NCBI GenBank assembly: GCA_963713185.1
Contig: CAVQKV010000007.1
Span: 18,537 to 82,536, forward strand
DNA from: an uncultured Actinomycetes bacterium
GTDB lineage: Bacteria; Actinomycetota; UBA4738; HRBIN12
Direction of reading: 5' to 3'
Length of the DNA stretch: 64,000 nucleotides
The notes beneath the pieces are model-generated. The model was not told the DNA's origin. It worked only from the letters and a program-made list of their open reading frames with translations, and did not search any database. Positions 57,612-64,000 of this stretch are shown piece after piece; position 1 is the stretch's first letter, and each line of letters starts with the position of its first letter. The position numbers were made by a program, and so were the translations under genes.

Positions 57612-58847
57612 TCACATCACGCGCCGCAGCGGCGTCCGGGTGACGAGCGGCCACGCGAGCGCGAACGAACCGATGATGCCGAGCGTCGCCACCAGGAGCG
57701 CCTTCACGTCGCCGGACAGGGGGGTCGGTCGCAGCGCGAGCGCGAGCGCGACGAGCACCGGCCCCTGCAACATGAACGCCATGTAGGAGCTCCGTGCCGT
57801 CGCCCGGCGCAACCGGCTCGTGCGGTCCAGGTGCCGTTGCGCGAACGCCAGCACCCAGATCGACGCGCAGACCGCGAGTACGCCCTCGGCCATCGCCGCG
57901 ACGAGGGCCGTCAGCCGCCATCCGCCGAAGTACGCGTCCTCGCTGAGCCCGAGCGGCTCCGCCGACAGGACGGCCGCGGCGACGCAGAGGACCGCCACGA
58001 TCGTCGCGATCCCGCACCGTCGCGCGATTGCGTCGGGCACGGGTCGGAGCCAGCCGCGACGGGCCGCGACTACGCCGAGACCGAACAGCGCGAGGTACTC
58101 GGGCCAACCCCAGAGCTTGATGTTCAGGGGCTGGTTCGAGTCCGCCGGGAACACGAGTCGAACCAGGAACGTCGCGACGCCCACGGCGACCGCGAGCAGG
58201 ACCAGCTGGCGCCAGCGCAAGACCCTCCCACGTGCCGGCGGTGGCGGGAACAGCTTCCGCCACGCGACCAGACCGAGCGAGTAGACCAACAGCACACCGA
58301 CGAACCAGACCGGGCCGTTGTCGAGCACCGGGTCCGTGTCCGCGACGGACCGCCAGAATCCGCGATGCAGGTAGGGCTCGAGCAGGGCGAACTCCAGGAG
58401 CGGCCACACCACCAGCGTGTACACGGCGAACGGCACGCCCAGCCGCAGGAGCCGATCGGTGACGAACCGCGATGACCCCTTCCGCGCGAGCGAATCCTCG
58501 GTGAACAGACCCGAGATGAGGAAGAACAGGGCCATGAGGAAGAGCGCGCCGAGGCTCACGAGCGCGACCACGAAGACGGTCTCGACGACGGGCGACAGCG
58601 TCGCCTCCTGGATGTCCTGGTACGTCCAGGAGCCGAACTCCGAGTAGCCCTGGATCGCGTGCGCCGCGATGATCCCCGCGATCAGCAGGGTCTTGACGTT
58701 GTCCAGGTACGCGAGACGCTCGCCCGCCGGACGGGCACCGCGGTCCGGGCCGCGGTCCGTGCCTCGCACCGCGTCGGGCGGGCGAGCCCTTCCGAGGCGG
58801 GTCCCGGGATCCGACGCCACAACCGAACGGGTCATCGGGACCCTCAC
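57612..58847 (-). CDS. acyltransferase family 3 membrane protein
   Basis: About 10 TM helices and the N-terminal LAYLDNVKTLLIAGIIAAH motif of acyltransferase_3 proteins. Confidence 0.8.
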   Translation of the reverse strand: MRVPMTRSVVASDPGTRLGRARPPDAVRGTDRGPDRGARPAGERLAYLDNVKTLLIAGIIAAHAIQGYSEFGSWTYQDIQEATLSPVVETVFVVALVSLGALFLMALFFLISGLFTEDSLARKGSSRFVTDRLLRLGVPFAVYTLVVWPLLEFALLEPYLHRGFWRSVADTDPVLDNGPVWFVGVLLVYSLGLVAWRKLFPPPPARGRVLRWRQLVLLAVAVGVATFLVRLVFPADSNQPLNIKLWGWPEYLALFGLGVVAARRGWLRPVPDAIARRCGIATIVAVLCVAAAVLSAEPLGLSEDAYFGGWRLTALVAAMAEGVLAVCASIWVLAFAQRHLDRTSRLRRATARSSYMAFMLQGPVLVALALALRPTPLSGDVKALLVATLGIIGSFALAWPLVTRTPLRRVM

Positions 58848-58924
58848 CTCCGTGGCCAGACTCGGGCCGGTTCACGGTCGGCTCCAGGGTCGAACGCCCC
58901 GACGCGCCGGGGACCCGGATCCGG

Positions 58925-59878
58925 CTACGCCGAGACCATGACGGCGAACTTGCCGCGCGACCGATGCTCGCCGACCAGGCGCAGCGCCTGCGGCAGCTCG
59001 TCGAAGGCGAAGGTCCGCGTGATCGGGACCCTGAGCATGCCCTCGGCGGCCATCTCGAGCACCGTCCCGAGCGATCCGGGGTCGGCCTGCCCCAGCACGT
59101 TCGTGCCGCTCAGCCCACGCTCGGCGACCGAGCCTGCGTCGGCACCCCCCACCGTGCTGGCGAGCCTGCCGCCCCCCTTGACGAGCGCGGCGGTCTGGTC
59201 GAACGCGTCGCCCAGTTGGACCGCGACGATCAGGGCATCCACGCCTTCGGGGAACATCTCGCGCACGGCCGTGGTGGCGTCACCCGTCGTGTAGTCGACG
59301 ACGTCGCTCGCGCCGAGCTCCCGGATCCACGCCTCGTCCTCGGGCCCGGCGGTCGCGACCACGCGGGCCCCTCGAACCGCAGCCATCTGGACCGCGTACG
59401 AGCCGACGCCTCCCGCGGCGCCCACGACGAGGACGACGTCTCCCTCCGATGGTTCGACCGCATCGACGCACGCGAGCCCGGTGACGGCGGCGAGCCCGGT
59501 GGACGCCGCCTGCCCGAAGTCGAGGACCGCGGGCTTGCGTTCGATGAACCCCTCGGCGGGGACGACGACGGACTCGGCGTAGGTGCCTCGCCCCACGTAC
59601 GGCTCGCCAGGGGTGATGCCGGCGACCTCGTCGCCGACGACGAACGCCGTCACGCCCTCCCCGACCGCATCGACCACGCCGGCGTAGTCCTTCCCGATCA
59701 CGACCGGGTAGCGGTGCTCCATCATGCCCTTGGCCATCCCGGTCGCCACGAACACGTCGAACCCGTTCACCGAGGACGCGCGGACCCCGACCCGGACCTC
59801 ACCGGGACCCGGTTCGGGCGTCGGGATCTCGATCAACGCCGCTGACGCCTGCTCATCCGCCAATCCGAACGCCCTCAT
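58925..59878 (-). CDS. zinc-type alcohol dehydrogenase / quinone oxidoreductase (MDR superfamily)
   Basis: MRAFGL start, NADP-binding VVGAAGGVGSYAVQ, and a GroES-like N-terminal domain. Confidence 0.85.
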   Translation of the reverse strand: MRAFGLADEQASAALIEIPTPEPGPGEVRVGVRASSVNGFDVFVATGMAKGMMEHRYPVVIGKDYAGVVDAVGEGVTAFVVGDEVAGITPGEPYVGRGTYAESVVVPAEGFIERKPAVLDFGQAASTGLAAVTGLACVDAVEPSEGDVVLVVGAAGGVGSYAVQMAAVRGARVVATAGPEDEAWIRELGASDVVDYTTGDATTAVREMFPEGVDALIVAVQLGDAFDQTAALVKGGGRLASTVGGADAGSVAERGLSGTNVLGQADPGSLGTVLEMAAEGMLRVPITRTFAFDELPQALRLVGEHRSRGKFAVMVSA

Positions 59879-60022
59879 GATCCCCCCCTCACGCCCGCCC
59901 GGCCTCGGCTTCCTCCGGGCACAACCCGACCGGGACCGGGAACCTTCCCGGTCCTGCAGATGCACGGAACCCCGGGTCCGACGACCCGGGGTTCCGTGCC
60001 TTGTGTCGATCTCCCGGCCCGG

Positions 60023-61477
60023 TTACTTCCAGCCGATGACCTCCAGGATCAAGCCGTGGCCGGTGACGTTGTGCTGGACGCTGACGAACAAGCGCGTCCC
60101 GGTGGCGTCGAACACGCCGCCCGTCCACTCGGCGCCGTTGCCCTCCGCCGTCACGTGCAGGTCGTTCAGCGTGCCGATCCGGATGCAGCCGTCCGACAGC
60201 AGGTTCGCGTCCGCTCCGTCCGGCAGGCAATCCCACAGGTCGTTGTTGTGGCGGGTCGCGATCGGGAACTCGGGTCCGTCGCCGTCCTCGTGCACGATCC
60301 AGTTGCCGCGCCCAGGCTGGTAGGCGATGTTGTCCATCATCGCGAAGTCGGGGTAGCCGATCACCAGGAACTGGACCTCCGGGGTCGACAGGGTCGTCGC
60401 GTTCGCGGCCTGCGCGAGGGTCCCGTCGGTCAGGCAGATGGTCTCGCCGTAGTTCCGGTCGGTGAGCTCGTTGCCCGTGTTGTTCCCGCACCACCGGACG
60501 TTCCCGTCGCCGAGCGCCACGAGGTCGAAGTCGAGATCCTCCGGCCGGTAGTAGCCGGTCAGCTTCAGGGTCGAAGCCGCCGCACGCAGGTCGACGGGGG
60601 CCCCGCCCGGCACCGGGATCCAGGTGCCCAGCCCGGTCTGCGTGCCCTGCCCGTAGTCGGTGTTGCTGGAGCGCTTCCCCAGCCGGAGTCCGAAGATGCT
60701 GCCTCCCACGAGCGGACTGTCGTCCAGGTCCGTGATCGGGGGGTCCTGCGGATCCCAAAGCGTCGTGGGGATGAACTTGAAGTACGCACCGCCGGCCGTG
60801 CCGTTCAGCGGTCGGTTCTCGTCGCCGTAGTACATCACCCCGCTTGCGGTGATGCCGACGCCTTCGAATGAGAGCTTGCCGACCGCGTCCCGGCGGGCGA
60901 TGTTCGACGTCCCGGTGCCGCCGACCGGGTTGCCCGACCCGTCGATCGTGACGCCCGTCGTGTGCAGGGGATCGACCAGCTCGAACAGACGGCCGCTCGA
61001 TCCGTTCTCTTCGGCGAACACGACGGTGCCCCACGGGGTCCGGTGAGCGGGATCACAGCTGACGAGTCCCCCCGACACGATCGTCTCGACGAGCCCGTCA
61101 GAGATCCGGATCCGCTGCAGGGCCGGCTGCGCCGCTCCCTGCTCGTTGCATGCGATGAGCCATGTGGGGTCCGTGTCGTTCGGCCAGAGCGCCATCATGT
61201 CGATGTTCGGTCCGGCGTTCGCCGCCGCGGTGACGACCCGTGCGCTCAGGCCGTTCGCGAACGTTGCGAGGGTCAGCGGGTTCGCATCCGCGGTCACCTG
61301 ACTGACGCTGGCCGTCGAGGACGTCGCGATCGGCTTGCCGACGCCGAAGAGCGGCTGCGACTTCGCATCCAACAGGTTCTGTTCGTCGAGCCCGATGTCC
61401 AGGCCCGCGAGCACCGAGCTCACGAGCCCGAGCCCGAGCGCCACCACCAGCCCGATGCCGGTCGCCACCTTCTTCAT
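60023..61477 (-). CDS. secreted DUF839/PhoX-like beta-propeller protein
   Basis: ATG 61477 follows GAAGGAGGG. Signal peptide MKKVATGIGLVVALGLGLVSSVLAG. The motifs YYRPEDLD, DNIAYQPGRGNWIVHEDGD and WTGGVFDATGTRLFVSVQHN resemble the PhoX family. Confidence 0.7.
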   Translation of the reverse strand: MKKVATGIGLVVALGLGLVSSVLAGLDIGLDEQNLLDAKSQPLFGVGKPIATSSTASVSQVTADANPLTLATFANGLSARVVTAAANAGPNIDMMALWPNDTDPTWLIACNEQGAAQPALQRIRISDGLVETIVSGGLVSCDPAHRTPWGTVVFAEENGSSGRLFELVDPLHTTGVTIDGSGNPVGGTGTSNIARRDAVGKLSFEGVGITASGVMYYGDENRPLNGTAGGAYFKFIPTTLWDPQDPPITDLDDSPLVGGSIFGLRLGKRSSNTDYGQGTQTGLGTWIPVPGGAPVDLRAAASTLKLTGYYRPEDLDFDLVALGDGNVRWCGNNTGNELTDRNYGETICLTDGTLAQAANATTLSTPEVQFLVIGYPDFAMMDNIAYQPGRGNWIVHEDGDGPEFPIATRHNNDLWDCLPDGADANLLSDGCIRIGTLNDLHVTAEGNGAEWTGGVFDATGTRLFVSVQHNVTGHGLILEVIGWK

Positions 61478-61651
61478 CTGCACCCTCCTTCCCTCGCGCG
61501 ACCGTTCGGCCGCGCCCGCCGGTGCGAGCGGAAGTTCTAGTGGCGGGAGGTGACCGGAAGGTGATCGAACGGTGAACGGCCAGATGGACTTCCGCAGAAC
61601 GATCAGCGCACGGCGGCGGCGATCGCGCTCGGGACGCTCGGCGGGCGCGCG

Positions 61652-62224
61652 CTCCCGGACGACGCGGAACCACAGGTGCGTCACGCTCGGCGACTCGATC
61701 GACGCCGTCCGCTCCAGCTCGATGTGGTCGGAACCCAGGTGGTCGAACAGCCGTGTGCCGGTACCGAGGAGCACCGGCACGAGTTGGAGGCGAAGCTCGT
61801 CCACGAGCTCGGCGTCCAGGAACTGCTGGGCGACGTTCGCGCCCATCACCAGCACATCCCGGTCCCCAGCCGCGGCTCGGGCCCGCCGGAGAGCCCCCAC
61901 GAGCCCGTCCGTGACGAACGTGAACGTGCCGCCGGTCGTGACCATCGTGGCCCGCGCCTCGTGGGTGAGCACGAAGCAGGGGACCGGGAACGGAACGCCT
62001 CCCCACGGCGCCAGGCCCACGTCGAACGTGCGCCGGCCCATCACGACGGATCCGACCATCCCCGGCGCCCGCTCGGCCACATCGGCCTCCGGCCCCTCGA
62101 CCTCGTCGAACAGCCACTCGTGGAGCCGCTCGCCACCCGCCCCCATGGGTCGGTCGACGCACACCTTCGGCCCGGCGCTGAACCCGTCGAGCGACACCGA
62201 GGCGCTCACGATCACCTTGCCCAT
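61652..62224 (-). CDS. dihydrofolate reductase-like (RibD C-terminal domain) protein with no stop codon at the expected end
   Basis: MGKVIVSASVSLDGF...GRRTFD...THLWFRVVRE is collinear with the 29700..30274 paralog. Homology ends near 61652, but the frame stays open and runs in-frame into the next gene (ORF 60023..62257). Confidence 0.65.
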
Positions 62225-62258
62225 CACGTCTCCTCCGCCCGAGGCTCCTACCATCACC

Positions 62259-63884
62259 TCAGCACTCGACCCCGACCGCCTCCCCGACGTACGCGTCGCT
62301 CGGTCGCTCCCGTTCCGCGGCCTCTCGTTCGGCCTCGGCCTCTCGGTCCGCGCCCGAGCGAACGTGCCGGAGCATCGTCACCGCGAGCCCGGCCACGGCG
62401 ACGGCCACGACGGTCGCGATCGCGGTGCTCACCCGCATGCCCTGGACGAACGCGTCCCGGGCGCTGTCCACGAGCCGGTTGCCGAGGGAACCCGGCAGCC
62501 GCTCGGCGACGCCGACGGCCCCGCCGAGCGTGTCACGCGCCGCATCCGCCACACCCGCTGGAACGCCCGCCGGGAGCAGATCGGCGAGCTCCGCCCGGTA
62601 GACGGCCGCGCCGATGCTTCCCAAGATCGCGATCCCGAGCGCGCCCCCGAGTTCGGCGCCCGTCTCGGAGATCCCGGACGCCGCCCCGGCGCGTTCGGGA
62701 GGGGCCGACCCGACGATCAGGTCCGTGGTCGCCGTGAAGACCGGGGCGAGCCCGAGCGAGATCACGACCGACGCCGCGACGAGCAGCGTGAGGTCGGCCG
62801 ATCCGTCGACGCGGCTGAGCATCGAGAGGCCGAACGCCCCCATCGCGAGGCCCCCGCCGATCACGTAGGCGGGCCGGATCCGCCGCAGCAGCCGGGGCGC
62901 GGCGGTCGAGCCCACGATGAACCCCAGCGCCGACGGCAGCGACCACAACCCCGCCTGGAGCGGCGAGAGCCCGAGCACCAGCTGCAGGTACTGGGCGACG
63001 AACAGGAAGTAACCGATCGCGATGAAGACGCCGAGCACGTTGGTCGCCAGGGACGCGCTGAACGCCCGGATCTTGAACAGGGAGAGATCGATCATCGGGT
63101 CCGCCAGGGAGAACTGCCGCCGGACGAACACCAGGCCCACCGCGAGCCCGACCAGGATCGAGGAGATCGGAAGCGGCCCGATCCCGTCCTGCGCCATCTC
63201 CTTCAGCCCGAAGATCACGGCCAGGATCGCGACCAGCGACAGGGCGGCGCTCGCGAGATCGAGCCGACCCGCGTTCGGGTCTCGGTACTCGGGCAGGAGC
63301 CTTGGACCGAGCAGGAGGAGCAGGGCCATGACAGGGACCGCGAGGAGGAACACCGATCCCCACCAGAAGTGGTCGAGGAGCACGCCGCCCAGCACCGGAC
63401 CGACCGCCCCGCCGGCCGAGAAGCCGGCGATCCACACGCCGATCGCGATCGACCGCTCTCGGGGGTCGAGGAACATGGCGAAGATCAGGGACAGGGTCGA
63501 CGGCGCGAGGGTCGCGCCGGCCACGCCCTGGAGCGCACGCGCGCCGATCAGCATCTCGGCGCTGGTCGAGAACGCCGCGATCACCGACACGACGCCGAAC
63601 GCCGCCGCCCCGATCATCAGCAGCCGTCGGCGGCCGATCCGGTCGCCGAGCGTGCCCATCGTGATCAGGCAGCCGGCGACCATGAACCCGTAGATGTCGA
63701 CGATCCAGAGCAACTGGGCGCTGGTGGGTCCGAGGTCTTCCGACAGGGAAGGCACCGCGAGGTGCAGCACGGTCAGATCCATCGCGTAGAGCAGGCAGGC
63801 GATGGCCAGGACGGCGAGCCCGATCCACTCCTTCCGTGCGGCCTTCGGCGTTTCGACCCTGACGTCCCTGCCCTCGAGCTGCAT
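62259..63884 (-). CDS. MFS transporter, 14-TM drug:H+ antiporter (DHA2/EmrB-like)
   Basis: The GTLGDRIGRRRLL motif (loop 2-3) and about 14 TM helices. The start is taken at MQLEGRD within ORF 62259..63962. Confidence 0.85.
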   Translation of the reverse strand: MQLEGRDVRVETPKAARKEWIGLAVLAIACLLYAMDLTVLHLAVPSLSEDLGPTSAQLLWIVDIYGFMVAGCLITMGTLGDRIGRRRLLMIGAAAFGVVSVIAAFSTSAEMLIGARALQGVAGATLAPSTLSLIFAMFLDPRERSIAIGVWIAGFSAGGAVGPVLGGVLLDHFWWGSVFLLAVPVMALLLLLGPRLLPEYRDPNAGRLDLASAALSLVAILAVIFGLKEMAQDGIGPLPISSILVGLAVGLVFVRRQFSLADPMIDLSLFKIRAFSASLATNVLGVFIAIGYFLFVAQYLQLVLGLSPLQAGLWSLPSALGFIVGSTAAPRLLRRIRPAYVIGGGLAMGAFGLSMLSRVDGSADLTLLVAASVVISLGLAPVFTATTDLIVGSAPPERAGAASGISETGAELGGALGIAILGSIGAAVYRAELADLLPAGVPAGVADAARDTLGGAVGVAERLPGSLGNRLVDSARDAFVQGMRVSTAIATVVAVAVAGLAVTMLRHVRSGADREAEAEREAAERERPSDAYVGEAVGVEC

Positions 63885-64000
63885 CCGTGCCACCTCCCTC
63901 CGTCTCCGTCCGTCTCCATCGGGCCGCGTGCATCTAGGACGGGTGCGCGGGGGCAGATTCATCGGTCCCGCGCGGTTCCTGGCCGATGAGTTCCGCGCCT

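Noticed and set aside
60023-62257. A genuine 744-aa DHFR-like/PhoX-like fusion enzyme
   Set aside because: The junction is a ~59-codon Arg/Pro-rich linker containing a strong RBS, an ATG and a complete signal peptide. That fits two genes with a missing stop rather than a designed fusion. It is reported as an anomaly instead.
61572-63989. 805-aa forward ORF over the MFS transporter and DHFR-like genes, and similar long ORFs such as 414..1367(-), 3183..4178(-), 13608..15443(-), 24960..25994(-), 37927..40149(+) and 38003..40111(-)
   Set aside because: All have Arg/Pro/Gly/Asp-dominated composition, lack motifs, and lie antisense or out of frame to genes with clear family signatures.
1-64000. 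Mobile elements, prophage, defence islands, tRNA/rRNA genes and CRISPR arrays
   Set aside because: No transposase, integrase, recombinase, terminal inverted repeats, tRNA-like T-arm/acceptor signatures or spaced direct repeats were seen on either strand. The tandem duplications (SulP pair, GAF array) lack flanking IS sequences.

Overview
High-GC (about 70% by eye) actinobacterial-type chromosomal segment with roughly 60 protein-coding genes. I found no rRNA, tRNA, CRISPR array, transposase or integrase. Most of the window is ordinary accessory metabolism and transport: alpha/beta hydrolases, SnoaL/NTF2-like and VOC proteins, F420-type LLM/PPOX enzymes, MFS, LtrA, TMEM175-like channels, nfi and pip. 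There is also an OmpR-type two-component pair, an ECF sigma/anti-sigma pair and a larB-larC-larE nickel-pincer cofactor cluster. The main feature is a dense cyclic-nucleotide signalling theme. (1) At 46466-54528, a REC-adenylate/guanylate cyclase gene overlaps by ATGA a gene for a ~2330-aa soluble hybrid histidine kinase. That kinase carries nine consecutive GAF modules, seven of them as ~510-bp tandem DNA repeats, followed by PAS, HisKA, HATPase, two REC domains and an HPt. (2) Two more cyclase-domain genes are present: one has a degenerate active site, and one shares its TPR-like sensor with a nearby LuxR-type regulator. A cyclase remnant is also present. (3) A tandem pair of SulP-STAS-cNMP-binding transporters shares a 951-bp near-identical gene-conversion tract. 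A second unusual gene encodes a SARP (wHTH+BTAD) - Ser/Thr kinase - TM - PD40 beta-propeller fusion. About a dozen genes carry frame breaks or are remnants, and one phosphodiesterase-family gene has ~11 breaks. This means either real pseudogenisation or indel-type consensus errors, so every frameshift call needs read-level confirmation. All functional calls come from motif recognition by eye on the supplied translations. No database search was run.
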